Position numbers and translations under genes: made by a program. Shown in pieces: positions 9,597 through 19,508 of a stretch of DNA of 64,000 nt; the stretch's first letter is position 1, and every line of letters begins with the position of its first letter. Below the pieces are notes generated by a model, which ran no database searches, had not been told where the DNA came from, and saw only the letters and a program-made list of their open reading frames with translations. Source of the stretch: Pseudomonadota bacterium (GTDB lineage: Bacteria; Pseudomonadota; Gammaproteobacteria; Burkholderiales; Burkholderiaceae_C); the NCBI GenBank assembly GCA_041165285.1, contig JBEANV010000543.1:24908-88907 (forward strand), read 5' to 3'.

Positions 9597-10468
9597 CAGC
9601 GGCCCCGGCTGCGCTGCATCACGGCCAGCGCGTCAGCTTCGGCGCACCGCGGCCCGCTCGATTCAGCTTCCGGCATCTCTGCCAGCGGCACCAGCGGCAT
9701 GGACTTGAAGGACTGCAGGCGGGCCAGCGCGTCAAGGTCGCGCCGCCCAGGCACGGCCATGACGGAATCCAGCAGCGCCGGCGCCCGCCCGCCCGCCGCC
9801 GCAAGCCGGGAAACCAGAACGTCGTTTTGCTGGCACTGGAAAGCCAGTGCCTCCCGCATGTGCTGGTACTGGACGTGCATCGCTGCCATGGTGCCCAGCA
9901 TCCGCGTGTCACAGCGCGCCGCCAGCTCGGACACGTCATCCAGCAGCGCGAGTTCATCGATCGCCCCATCGGCCGCGGAATCCAGCAGCACGGGCGCCAC
10001 CCGGTTCGTGTTGTAGTTCGGCTCGTACACGCAGTCAAACCCGTGGAACTGCTTGATCTTCGCTGGCGTGTCGCGGCCAGCCGGCGAGATGGCCGAAGAG
10101 AACCCGCCCGCCCCGGCACGGATCGTGCGCAGCGCCTTCGCGCCGTCCACCGTGTCAAGGAATGCCTGCTGGTGCGTGATGTTGCCATCGCCGTCGATGG
10201 AAAGGGAAACTGTGCGCGTGGCGGGTTCGAGCGACACCACTACGCCGTCAACGATCCCGCCCTCACCCGGCTCCATGCCGAACACCCGGCGCGGCCAGTG
10301 CCCGAAGTACCCGAGCATGTCGCCGCCACGGATGCGCTCTTGCGTGGCCGGCGAGTTGATCGCCGCGGTCAGCGAGCGAAGGTCAATGCTTCGGTCTACC
10401 CCGCGATGCTTCCGCCCGCGTTCGGCAAAGTTGTAGGTGATCGGGTCAGTGGTGTGCAGGATGGGCAT
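9596..10468 (-). CDS. pro: Prohead processing protease (P1 Pro-like)
   Basis: N..ERGRKH.G.DR, GYFGHWPR and GGFSSA (candidate catalytic Ser) motifs recalled from P1-type head processing proteases. Confidence 0.7.
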   Translation of the reverse strand: MPILHTTDPITYNFAERGRKHRGVDRSIDLRSLTAAINSPATQERIRGGDMLGYFGHWPRRVFGMEPGEGGIVDGVVVSLEPATRTVSLSIDGDGNITHQQAFLDTVDGAKALRTIRAGAGGFSSAISPAGRDTPAKIKQFHGFDCVYEPNYNTNRVAPVLLDSAADGAIDELALLDDVSELAARCDTRMLGTMAAMHVQYQHMREALAFQCQQNDVLVSRLAAAGGRAPALLDSVMAVPGRRDLDALARLQSFKSMPLVPLAEMPEAESSGPRCAEADALAVMQRSRGR

Positions 10469-10488
10469 GCTGTTTCACTGGTAAAAGA

Positions 10489-13287
10489 TCAGCGATCGTT
10501 GATGATGATCGCGCCGCCGAGATGCAGCGCATGCCCGGTGGGCTGGCTGCCCGCGGCGTTGGCCTCGATGCATTGGACGATGTGATTGCTTGCGGGAGAC
10601 AGTAGGCCGCCCGCCGAGGCAATATGATAATTGCCGCTCACCGCCTGATTTGCAAGCTGCTCTTGCGCTGACCTGTACGTCACCATTCTCGACCCCGGAT
10701 TTGCACTGAGGGACCACAGCAGGCGGCGGCCGGTGCAGTTTGCCACGGCGTAGTCTCCAATCGTGTCCGTCCACCGGCCCGGGAGACCACTGCGACTTAA
10801 CTCTTTCGCCCCCCATCCTTCGCCGATATACGTGATCTGCTCGGGTAGCAAATACTCGATGTCTGCAGTCGAGGCGACGAGCGCCGCGATTTTCAAGGCA
10901 CCGGCAGTGACCTCGATTTCGATTGAGTTTGTCGATCCCCCCGCCGGACTCGCCGCATTAAGTTCAGTTGGCGTGAAAATCGGGAAAAACCACTCGTTTG
11001 AAAATGGCACAGCCGAGATTGTCATCGACTTGCTCAGGACTCCGTTGATATTGACGTTGAACGTGCAAGCCCCGTCGTCGATCTCTCGATAGTGAATCAA
11101 GCTCATGCCGACGACACAATCGGCAGACAGCATGGCTTTTTTGCCGACCGTCAGCGTCAGCATGTCCTGTGTCGCCGAGACCGAGCTGCTGAATCTCCGG
11201 GCAAAAGATCCACCACCCCACGGGTGGGCCGACAGCGTGCCCATCGTCGGCTGGCTACTCACAACCTGCCGCTCATCTGCCGGGAGAGTGATGTAGGTAT
11301 CGCCCGGGATCTTGTAGTCCGTGACGACACGGATCGGGGGTAGATGTCGAGACTCGGCGGGGCGGCCTGGGCACGGGTCAGTGACAAGTGGCAGTCCGGC
11401 GCGGGTCACTGCGAGCGAGACATTGTCGAGCGACAGCGTGCCAGTGCCGCCAGTGGCGTACCAGAGGACGATGGCTCTGCTGTGCGCCTGCGTGACCGTC
11501 AGCGTCACTGTAGCTACGGTGCCATTGAGGGTGGCGGCAACGACGTTGGTATTCCAGCCTGCTGGCCCCTGGCCGCCGAGCTGCACAGACGTGATGCCGG
11601 ATACTGCACTGTCATACGTCACAGTGATCGTGTCGCCGACAGCCACGGCTCCCGCTTGCTCGACAAATGTGCCTGATGCCGTGGTCGTCGTCGTTGTGAC
11701 AAGTTTCCCGGACGACACAGCCTGCGACGCCGATCCGTAGGTGTACCAGTTTGGTGCCGTCGAATCGAATGCCCAGGTACTGTTAGTCGTCGTCGTTGTG
11801 GCCGCTGCCCACTTGGCCGGGAATACGCTGCGCACTGCACGCGCCCATGCCTCGTGGCCATTTGCCGGCAGTAGGGCTGCCGGGCCGCTCGGAATACCGC
11901 CGGCCTGGTGGATGGAGTCGCTGTAAATACCGACACCACCCGCCCGAATATGCGCCTCGAAAACGTATCCGGCCGTGTCAGCAATCTCTACGCCGTAGAG
12001 GTCAGCAATGCGCAGCAGCTCCGGTCCATCGCTGTACAGCCCCGCCGACGACATCGCTGCGTAGTCAGTCGATGGCCCCTGTGGATTGTCCGTGACGATC
12101 ACGACCTCAATCCCGCGCTTGCGAAGCTGGCGAATCATCGGCTCGATCAACTCAAGACGATAGTCGCCGCCATTGGCTAGGCATCCGATGACAACGACAT
12201 CCACGCCGTTGAATAACTGGCTGCGCCCGTTCGGCGGCGCCTTGGCCGTAACGGCAAGGCTGTAGCCTGCGTTCGAGAACCCATAATTTGTGTTGCCCGT
12301 TGCAAAACCTAGCTGTGCGTGCTGATAGCCGCTGGGCGAGCCACCAACGCCTGTGTACTTGCAATCGACAGTAACCGGGAGTTTGTATTTGTCCGTCGTG
12401 CCAGCACCGAAAACCATGCCAGGCCAGTCGGTCGCCCCGCCCCCAGATGCGGTAAGCGAAGATCCCATGACGACGACGCTCACGGGCAACCCCGTGAGGA
12501 TCTTGCGCATCGTGCGCGGCAGCCGGCAGGGAGGCAGAGCAGGTGCGATCTGCTGCAGCGACGTGATCGCCGAGGCCGTGCAGATGACGCACGCGACGGG
12601 CACCCAGCCCCGGTGTCCCAGACGAGGGAGCACCCGCACCATGCCGCTCGACAGCTCGACACCGACGTACCACGTGCCGGCACCAGGCATCGTGATCAAG
12701 CCGCCAGACGCCGAGAATCCACCGACTATAAACGGCGCGACTGCGATGATCAGGCCGGCGCCTTTACCCGTATACCCTGACACCAGGGATTGAGCTTCTG
12801 CACGCTGCGCCGCGTCCATGCGCTTGATAGCGTCAAGCGTCTCTGCGGGAGTCGTCACTGCTTGCGAGTGGTCGGCCTTCTCCCACTTGCTTCCGTTGCT
12901 GACAACCCAATCGCCAACTGCCCAATCCGATTCACCGTCAACGGCCGTGGCTCCGGCAGTGCCGACTTTGTAGTACCAGCCTTTGTTTTCAGCCGCAGCG
13001 ACAGGGATTGCCGGGGAATTGCTCGCGGCGTTCCACACGGCCTGATAACTCAAGCCGCCCAGGATAGCATCGGGGATCTGCGCGACCGGCAATTTCCCAC
13101 CGACCAGATCAGCCTTTCCAAGGATGGCTGAATTGGCTTGAGCGGCAGCCTGAGCCGCCGACTGAGCCGTCAGCGAGACAGCAGTAACATCGCCCGTGGA
13201 TGCCGCATCAATCGTCTGACGAAGATCGGCTTTTTCTGCCGCTGTGAAATCAACCTGTTGACCGGATGCGGTCTGAATCTTTGCCAT
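10489..13287 (-). CDS. Tail spike/fibre with SGNH/GDSL esterase domain and beta-sandwich domains
   Basis: N-terminal virion-anchor motif (KADLVGGKLP.AQIP...WNA..N.P...KGWYY.V). SGNH blocks GSSLT / GVGGS / AN / DSIH. Confidence 0.7.
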   Translation of the reverse strand: MAKIQTASGQQVDFTAAEKADLRQTIDAASTGDVTAVSLTAQSAAQAAAQANSAILGKADLVGGKLPVAQIPDAILGGLSYQAVWNAASNSPAIPVAAAENKGWYYKVGTAGATAVDGESDWAVGDWVVSNGSKWEKADHSQAVTTPAETLDAIKRMDAAQRAEAQSLVSGYTGKGAGLIIAVAPFIVGGFSASGGLITMPGAGTWYVGVELSSGMVRVLPRLGHRGWVPVACVICTASAITSLQQIAPALPPCRLPRTMRKILTGLPVSVVVMGSSLTASGGGATDWPGMVFGAGTTDKYKLPVTVDCKYTGVGGSPSGYQHAQLGFATGNTNYGFSNAGYSLAVTAKAPPNGRSQLFNGVDVVVIGCLANGGDYRLELIEPMIRQLRKRGIEVVIVTDNPQGPSTDYAAMSSAGLYSDGPELLRIADLYGVEIADTAGYVFEAHIRAGGVGIYSDSIHQAGGIPSGPAALLPANGHEAWARAVRSVFPAKWAAATTTTTNSTWAFDSTAPNWYTYGSASQAVSSGKLVTTTTTTASGTFVEQAGAVAVGDTITVTYDSAVSGITSVQLGGQGPAGWNTNVVAATLNGTVATVTLTVTQAHSRAIVLWYATGGTGTLSLDNVSLAVTRAGLPLVTDPCPGRPAESRHLPPIRVVTDYKIPGDTYITLPADERQVVSSQPTMGTLSAHPWGGGSFARRFSSSVSATQDMLTLTVGKKAMLSADCVVGMSLIHYREIDDGACTFNVNINGVLSKSMTISAVPFSNEWFFPIFTPTELNAASPAGGSTNSIEIEVTAGALKIAALVASTADIEYLLPEQITYIGEGWGAKELSRSGLPGRWTDTIGDYAVANCTGRRLLWSLSANPGSRMVTYRSAQEQLANQAVSGNYHIASAGGLLSPASNHIVQCIEANAAGSQPTGHALHLGGAIIINDR

Positions 13288-13305
13288 TACCAAACTCCAA
13301 AAATA

Positions 13306-13518
13306 TCAGGCCGGCGACCGGCTGATTACAACAAAACCACGCCCAAGAGCTACCGCCCCTTGTGCGAGAACGATGGCGCCAGCCGGTATAGCCTGCGCCG
13401 AATGAATTGTCTTTTGACCTGCTCCGACATATCCGCCAATCCCACCGCTACCGCCCGCAGTAGTTTTCCGAAGTTGGACGAACGGCGCAGAACCGATGCC
13501 TCGCGTGAAATCACTCAT
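13306..13518 (-). CDS. Small hypothetical virion protein
   Basis: Short Gly-rich ORF filling the gap between co-oriented late genes. Confidence 0.4.
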   Translation of the reverse strand: MSDFTRGIGSAPFVQLRKTTAGGSGGIGGYVGAGQKTIHSAQAIPAGAIVLAQGAVALGRGFVVISRSPA

Positions 13519-13539
13519 GACCACCTACCAATCTGGGTT

Positions 13540-14559
13540 CTACCCAATTACGACCGAACCACGGTCCAACACGATATTCCCGCGGTCAAGAATGACCCCG
13601 CCCGCTGGCGCCTGAGCGATCGGCTGTTGAGCCGATGCGGACCCCTCGAAGTACCCAAACGAACTGCCCGCACCGCCGCCAGCGGCAAGAACGGTATTCA
13701 GGCTGAAAACCGGATCGCCTGTGTTCGCGCCAGTGCTGGCCAACCCCTCGAAATACCCGACTCCATACCCGCCGCCGCCAAGAATGGCCCCCACCGTCCC
13801 ACGGAACACCGGGTCCGATCCATCGGCGGTAGCACGGCCCTCGAAATAGGCCATGTCGCACGCCCCGCCACCGGTCAGCACCAGCCCAATGCGAGCAGCA
13901 TAGGCCGGGTCAGGGTCGGGGCGAACCTCGCCCTCGAAGTAGTCGAAGTCACAGCCGCCCCACCATGGGTAGGCCAGCATGTCGCACGAAAACTGTGTCG
14001 CCACCCGAATCAAAAGCAGGATCTTCGCCGGGATGACCGAGCGAAGCGCCGGGATAATTCGCTCCACGTCCTCGCGGCCGACTGATGCGGACGACAAGGA
14101 AACCATGATGCGGCTGGTCAGGTACCGGCCTCCGTCGTCATCGTCGGACAGGTCGGTCGGGTACGGCGCACTCTTCGATTGCCAGAGTTGGGCCACCTCC
14201 CACCCGTTCGGCCACGTCAACTGCAGGTAGGTCTTGAGCATCTGCAGTCCGCGCTTCGGGTTGCGCGCGCGCCAGGACTCCCACACGTAGCGCATGGCCT
14301 CAACATCGCCGCTTCGGTACAGCGACAGCCCATCGCCGACCACGCCAAGCCCGAACTGTTCGTCGCTGCCGATGTGGGGCAGCCCGCACGTCTGCAAGTC
14401 GTTCAAGGCCGGCCGGATGTGCTCGGTCAGCAGCGCCATGAACAGCGACTTCAGTTCGGCCTCGGCATCGTCGAAGTCGAAGCTGGCGCGCAGCGGCGCA
14501 AGGTCTGGCGCCTCGTGCGGCGACAGCAAGCTGTAGCGGTGCGAGTCGATCTGAGGCAT
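13540..14559 (-). CDS. Baseplate protein (P1 gp16-like) with C-terminal GG..YFEG repeats
   Basis: RNPKRGL..LKTYLQL.WPN and YLTSRI motifs; follows the BplA-like gene as in P1. Confidence 0.6.
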   Translation of the reverse strand: MPQIDSHRYSLLSPHEAPDLAPLRASFDFDDAEAELKSLFMALLTEHIRPALNDLQTCGLPHIGSDEQFGLGVVGDGLSLYRSGDVEAMRYVWESWRARNPKRGLQMLKTYLQLTWPNGWEVAQLWQSKSAPYPTDLSDDDDGGRYLTSRIMVSLSSASVGREDVERIIPALRSVIPAKILLLIRVATQFSCDMLAYPWWGGCDFDYFEGEVRPDPDPAYAARIGLVLTGGGACDMAYFEGRATADGSDPVFRGTVGAILGGGGYGVGYFEGLASTGANTGDPVFSLNTVLAAGGGAGSSFGYFEGSASAQQPIAQAPAGGVILDRGNIVLDRGSVVIG

Positions 14560-14561
14560 GG

Positions 14562-16013
14562 TCAGTAGTTCACCAGCCCGAGCGTATGGTCAGCACGGGA
14601 CAGGGTGATGGTGATCGCGTCCGCCGTGCAGATCAGGAAGCTCTCAGGCATCACGCCGGCCGGCACGGTCACGGTGACATGCAAGTCACCCAGGTCATCC
14701 TGTAGGGCTTGCACGGACTGCTTCAGCAGCTTGGTGATGGCGTAGGACTTGATCGACGGCCGCAGCCCGACTGACACGGCCTGCGCACCATCGCCGAAGT
14801 GCTGCAGCACCAGCGACAGGATCTGCGCCCGCACGGTGTCGATGTCGTGGACGGCCGCCACGGTCGCGGTGATTGCCACCGGCACCGGCACGATCACCGG
14901 ATCGTAGAAGCGGATCTTGAGCGACGGATCGGCCCGCCCGATGATCTCGGCAGTACGGCGCTGGAATGCAGCATCCGCCATGCCGCCCACCCAGCCGGAA
15001 ACGAACAGGGTGTTGATCCAGTCCACGCTTGCCCCGCGCGCCTTCTCCTGCACCTGTTCGTTCCAGACCGACAGGAACCGCACGCCACTGAAATTGCGGC
15101 GCAGCAGCACGCCGAACTCCCCCAGGAACACGGCGTTGTCGTTGTAGAGCGCCGGGTAGCTGGCAATGACGCGCAGCTCGTCCACGGTGTGCGGCTCGGA
15201 CCCGCTATCGGCCATCTGCGTCAGGGTCATCTTCAGCGCAGCATCGGCCGCCGTGAAAATGTACTCAAGCGCGAACTCGGCCCCATTGGCCAGATCCACC
15301 ACCCGGCCCTCGGTTTCCGTCACCCGGACCTCGAACGTCTGGCCGGCGACAGGCTGTGTGCCCACCACGCCCGCCACGCCGAACTGAATCCACATGCGCC
15401 GCCGTTCGTCCACCTCAACTTGATAGGCCCGGTCATCGGCTGGCACGTTCATCCACTCGCGGGCGTAGCGGTACTGGACGTGTGCCGCGGCGTGCGTCAC
15501 GTCCCACACGTCCACGGCCGTCATGTAGACCGGGCGCTGGTCCTGCAGCACCTCGATCCGGTAGAACGGCTGATCGGCGCCCGTTGTGTGCGTGACGGTG
15601 CGGCGCTCGTGCTGCGCCACGATGACGGTGGCGGCCTCACGCGCAGGCACGGTGACGGACGACTCGACCCCCCACACCCGGCCGCGCTGATCCGACACCT
15701 TCCGGCCCTCCTGCAGCGTGTAGGCGGCGTCACTGCCGTTGGTCACGGCCAGCACAGCACGGGGGGCGCGTGCCAGCGGCAGAATCCCGCGCATCGCTGC
15801 GTCGGCCAGCACGGTCGAATCCAGCGTCTTCATGAAGGGTTCGACCCGCAGCAACTCCGCTTGCTGCGACAGCATGGCGAGCTGCGCCGATGCGGCGCGA
15901 ATCTGCGCCATCACCCAGGGGTCATTCACCTGCGCCAGCATTGCCAGCCGCGGGTACTGGCTGATTTGCGCCAGCGCGGCCCCGAGGAAATCGTCTTGTG
16001 TGCGCGCAACCAT
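14562..16013 (-). CDS. Baseplate wedge protein (P1 BplA/baseplate-J-like)
   Basis: 483 aa; EPF.K..DSTVLADA..RGILP and I.FG..G..G motifs; synteny. Confidence 0.7.
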   Translation of the reverse strand: MVARTQDDFLGAALAQISQYPRLAMLAQVNDPWVMAQIRAASAQLAMLSQQAELLRVEPFMKTLDSTVLADAAMRGILPLARAPRAVLAVTNGSDAAYTLQEGRKVSDQRGRVWGVESSVTVPAREAATVIVAQHERRTVTHTTGADQPFYRIEVLQDQRPVYMTAVDVWDVTHAAAHVQYRYAREWMNVPADDRAYQVEVDERRRMWIQFGVAGVVGTQPVAGQTFEVRVTETEGRVVDLANGAEFALEYIFTAADAALKMTLTQMADSGSEPHTVDELRVIASYPALYNDNAVFLGEFGVLLRRNFSGVRFLSVWNEQVQEKARGASVDWINTLFVSGWVGGMADAAFQRRTAEIIGRADPSLKIRFYDPVIVPVPVAITATVAAVHDIDTVRAQILSLVLQHFGDGAQAVSVGLRPSIKSYAITKLLKQSVQALQDDLGDLHVTVTVPAGVMPESFLICTADAITITLSRADHTLGLVNY

Positions 16014-16324
16014 CAGGCGCCTCCTCCCACCCAGGCGATCTTCCCGAGCACTTCAGCAATGATGACTTTCCGGTTGTTCGACGTGTCAACCTCATAGATG
16101 GCCACAGGGTCGCCGCCGATGCGGTTCAGGATCGGCAGATCCGCCCGAAGGTCGGCGGTCACGCGGTCGGCAATGATCGCGGTCATCGGCGCCTGCAGCG
16201 CGTCACTGATCCCGTTGCCGAAGTCCCACCCGAGCACGGACCCGCGGCGCGTGGCGAACCAGCGCCCGGTAATCCGTAGCAGGTCGTCAACGCCAAGTTG
16301 TTCGGCTTCCACGCGGCTTCTCAT
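16013..16324 (-). CDS. Small baseplate protein (gp25/PmgA-like)
   Basis: 103 aa; W.AT....LG.DFG motif; first gene of the baseplate operon. Confidence 0.55.
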   Translation of the reverse strand: MRSRVEAEQLGVDDLLRITGRWFATRRGSVLGWDFGNGISDALQAPMTAIIADRVTADLRADLPILNRIGGDPVAIYEVDTSNNRKVIIAEVLGKIAWVGGGA

Positions 16325-16330
16325 GCCGGG

Positions 16331-16372
16331 ATGATGCGCAATCGGTGTTGCGCGTCATGGGGGCGTTTTTCC
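16331..16372 (-). promoter_or_regulatory. Putative late promoter GGAAAA-N30-CATCAT, leaderless geometry
   Basis: ttttcc 16367-16372, atgatg 16331-16336, ATG 6 nt after the -10 box. Confidence 0.65.
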
Positions 16373-16498
16373 TTCAGTCAGCAGGCTTCTGAATTTTGAC
16401 TCCAAAATTATTTCATCAGGCTATTGCAGCCGCATGATTTTCGGATCACAATATTCCTACTGAGTCGAAAGACCCGCCCACTGCCCCGGACCTGCACC

Positions 16499-17347
16499 AT
16501 GACCCCCACCACCATCCTCGAAACCATCATCAAGTACACCGCGCGCCGCGTGGTGCAGCGCACGGCAGCGATGGCCGGCCTGTCAGCGTGCGCCGATGGC
16601 GCGTTCGTCACGGTCGCAGAGTTCAAGGCGGCCCGCGCCGAACTGTCCACCGGCATGGACGACGCCTACACAGCGGCCCGCAACGCGGCGGACCCACAGT
16701 ACAAGGTGGATGGGCTGGCCTACGTGTCCGGGCTGGTGTCGCTGGCCGCGCTGCACAAGCGCCGCGGCACCGATGAGGCCATCCCCGCCGAAGTGCGCAC
16801 CGTGCTGGCCGCCGCCGCCGCGCTCAAGGCACTGATCGAAGGCGCGAAGGACAAGGCATCCACCGGCCGCCGCCCGGCCGTGACCGATGCGCCAGTCAAG
16901 GCCCGCGTGCTGGACATGGGCACCTGTGCTTTCTGTCGCCGCCTGCAGTCGGTGCGTGGCACGATGGTTGACCACGGCTACACCGACTCGCGCTACGGCT
17001 TCCGCGCCGGTTCGTGCGGCGGCACGAACACCAAGCCGATCGAAACGTCCCCGGATGGCCTGCACGCCCTGCTGCGCGCACTCGAATCGGCGAAGGAGCG
17101 AGCGATGGAACTGATCGACACCCCGCCGACTGCGCACACCGTCAACGTGCGCAACGGCATCCGCCTGACCCCGACCGTGTTCACGTCCGGCCCGGAGTTC
17201 GACCGTGCCGCGCGCCGGGTTCTGGCCGAAGCACGGGGCACTGTCGCCCTGGCCGGCGAGCGAATCCCCGAAGTCGCCGCGGAGATTGCCGCATGGGCGC
17301 CGGGCAAGCTGGTGACGGCCGCCGAAGCAACCGCCCGCGGGGTCTGA
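16499..17347 (+). CDS. Hypothetical early protein with Zn-ribbon motif
   Basis: GTCAFC...MVDHGY...C motif; own AT-rich upstream region. Confidence 0.6.
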   Translation: MTPTTILETIIKYTARRVVQRTAAMAGLSACADGAFVTVAEFKAARAELSTGMDDAYTAARNAADPQYKVDGLAYVSGLVSLAALHKRRGTDEAIPAEVRTVLAAAAALKALIEGAKDKASTGRRPAVTDAPVKARVLDMGTCAFCRRLQSVRGTMVDHGYTDSRYGFRAGSCGGTNTKPIETSPDGLHALLRALESAKERAMELIDTPPTAHTVNVRNGIRLTPTVFTSGPEFDRAARRVLAEARGTVALAGERIPEVAAEIAAWAPGKLVTAAEATARGV

Positions 17348-17349
17348 TC

Positions 17350-17565
17350 ATGCAGAAGAAAATGAAAATGACGTTCGTGTCATTTCGAAATCTGGCCGGG
17401 GAGCGGGTCGCGCCGACTCGACAGTTCAGCGGGCACCCGGCCCGCGGGCCAATCGTCACGCGAGCTGAACGTGACATCCCGGGCTGTGTGGACGTTGAGT
17501 TCCGGTATGGGACTCTTGTGGAAGACGCGAAATGGGAGTGGCGCTCAGTGCGGTGCGGTATCTGA
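17350..17565 (+). CDS. Small hypothetical protein
   Basis: ATG 2 nt after the upstream stop. Confidence 0.4.
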   Translation: MQKKMKMTFVSFRNLAGERVAPTRQFSGHPARGPIVTRAERDIPGCVDVEFRYGTLVEDAKWEWRSVRCGI

Positions 17566-17581
17566 CCAGCGCGAAGCGCCG

Positions 17582-18217
17582 TCAGCGCACCTGAGCTTCG
17601 GCGCTCGCCGGCTGAGTCTCAGGCCGGGCCACCTCTTCACCCTGCATCGCCGCCGCCGCAACCATCTGCTGACCGCCGCGGCTCACCGTCTTGGCGATGT
17701 CCGAGCTGGTGGGGCGCCGGATGAAGCTCAGTTCGAACACCGCGCCGTTCGGCATGGCCGCCGAGATGTGGTAGGTCTTCCCATCAGCGGCCGGGACTCG
17801 CTTCAGCGTGATGATGTCGCCGGGATTGGGGGTGGACGTGGACAGGTTCACCACCATGTTTTCCAGGTCAACGCTATCGAGCGTCGTCGCGAACACCCGG
17901 CCCGATGTGTGGATGTTCACGCCGGACTTCCCCGAGAAGATCGTCAGGACTTCGCCCGATGCGTCGTACTTCCACACCCCGTTCATGCCGCGCACAAGCT
18001 CGGTGATCTTTGCCTCTTCCGCAGCCTCAAGGCGGGCCTCTTCGGCCATGCGCTCGGACGCCACCATCGCGCGGGCCTCGTCTTCAGTCGGGGCGGCTGG
18101 CGCAGATGCCGCGGCCGGGGCGGTCTGCGCCACATCGGGCTTTTGTGCCGCAGGGGAGCACGCCGCCAGCAAAGCGGCGACTGCAAGCGCGATCGCAGTG
18201 GAAAATTTTTGATTCAT
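17582..18217 (-). CDS. Lipoprotein, candidate superinfection-exclusion protein
   Basis: Lipobox LLAAC after a hydrophobic signal; divergent from the C4-antirepressor cassette, as sim is in P1 immI. Confidence 0.6.
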   Translation of the reverse strand: MNQKFSTAIALAVAALLAACSPAAQKPDVAQTAPAAASAPAAPTEDEARAMVASERMAEEARLEAAEEAKITELVRGMNGVWKYDASGEVLTIFSGKSGVNIHTSGRVFATTLDSVDLENMVVNLSTSTPNPGDIITLKRVPAADGKTYHISAAMPNGAVFELSFIRRPTSSDIAKTVSRGGQQMVAAAAMQGEEVARPETQPASAEAQVR

Positions 18218-18417
18218 GGCTGTTCCCCGGAAATTAAAAAATGCAATTATGCGTGGCTTTTCCGTATCTGGCGCCTGCCAGATGGTGCTTAAAGTTCGCC
18301 GCCGCGCCAGTGGCGCGCCACTATTGGCCAGAAAAGCCCGGTTTTATGCCGGCAGAAAGCAGCATTGCAGCGCCAAGAATGCCGCATAATCCGCACAAAT
18401 CAGCCGATTTCATGGAT

Positions 18418-18446
18418 TTGACATTGGCGCCGGGTTGGCGCACATT
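18418..18446 (+). promoter_or_regulatory. Sigma70 promoter of the C4/antirepressor operon
   Basis: TTGACA-17 nt-CACATT. Confidence 0.65.
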
Positions 18447-18576
18447 CCGCCTGCCGCTGCAAAACAGCGGCCGGGGATGACAGCCCGGAATGATCAAGCG
18501 CACCAGCCGCGCAAGCGGCTTTTTCATGTCTGAGCGAAAATCAGCATGGTGCGAAAGCATGGCCCCATCAGTTTCA

Positions 18577-18650
18577 ATGGCGGGCCGTGCGGGAGGGCGA
18601 AAGCCCTGCCGGTCCCTTGGTCCCGGTCTGTCACCCGCACGGTCTGCCGC
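18577..18650 (+). ncRNA. C4-like antisense RNA (P1 c4 / P4 CI family)
   Basis: Outer stem 18579-18593/18634-18648, inner hairpins AGGGC-GAAA-GCCCT and CCGG-loop-CCGG. Single-stranded TCTGTCA is complementary to TGACAG (18478) and GACAGA (18657). Sits upstream of an antirepressor. Confidence 0.75.
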
Positions 18651-18698
18651 CCTATCGACAGAGGGGCGGCAGGTTCAAACCTGACCTTGGAGCCAATC

Positions 18699-19508
18699 AT
18701 GGCAACCCGCCACATGCCGGCCACCCAGACCGGAATCGTCATCGCCTCTCACGGCGAGAACATCACCACCACCCTGGCAGTCGCCGAAGGAACCGGCGTT
18801 GAGCACGCAAGCGTCATCCGGCTGGTCCGCGCCAATCTGGCCGATCTTGAAGAGTTCGGAGGGGTCCGATTTGAAATCCGACCCTTTGAAACCGCAGGCG
18901 GCCAACAGCAACGCGAGCACGCCGAGCTGAATGAGCAGCAGGCGACCCTGATCCTGACCTACATGCGCAACAGCGAAGTGGTGCGGAGTTTCAAGAAGCG
19001 GCTGGTGCGCGAGTTCTGGGAGATGCGGCGCAATCCACCGCCTGCACTCATGCCGACCGACTACGCCCAGGCGCTGCGTGCGCTGGCCTGCGAAGTCGAA
19101 GAAAAGGAGCGCATCGCGGCGGCGAAAGCTCTGGCGGACGCCGAGTTGGTGACGGCCCGCCCGAAAGCCGTGGCATGCGACGTGTTGAGCGAGTCGGCTG
19201 GCGACCGCTGCATCAGGACGGCGGCAAAGGATCTGAAGGTGCAAGAGCGCCGGCTGATCGGGGCGATGATCGAAAAGGGCTGGCTGTTCCGCACGCACCG
19301 GCCGGACGGCGGCACGGGCGACCTGCAGCCCACCGCCAAGATCGCCAAGTTGGGCTTTGCGAAGATGGTTCCGGTTCACACCGATGCCGAGAAGAGCAAG
19401 ACGCGGGACGCGCTGCGCATCACGAATGCCGGGCTGACCCGGCTGGCCGTGCTGGTCGTCAAGTGGGGGCTGTCGGCCAGCTCGCGCACCGAGATGGTGG
19501 CCGCGTGA
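18699..19508 (+). CDS. Phage antirepressor, Rha N-terminal domain plus ANT/KilA-C-like C-terminal domain
   Basis: EHASVIRLVR...LNEQQATLILTYMRNS...FKKRLV (Rha); P.DYAQALRALA...PKA....AAK.L...IT.AG (ANT). Confidence 0.85.
   Translation: MATRHMPATQTGIVIASHGENITTTLAVAEGTGVEHASVIRLVRANLADLEEFGGVRFEIRPFETAGGQQQREHAELNEQQATLILTYMRNSEVVRSFKKRLVREFWEMRRNPPPALMPTDYAQALRALACEVEEKERIAAAKALADAELVTARPKAVACDVLSESAGDRCIRTAAKDLKVQERRLIGAMIEKGWLFRTHRPDGGTGDLQPTAKIAKLGFAKMVPVHTDAEKSKTRDALRITNAGLTRLAVLVVKWGLSASSRTEMVAA

Noticed and set aside
18546-18698. N-terminal extension of the antirepressor ORF
   Set aside because: Overlaps the C4-like RNA; the ATG at 18699 has a GGAG RBS and starts the Rha domain.
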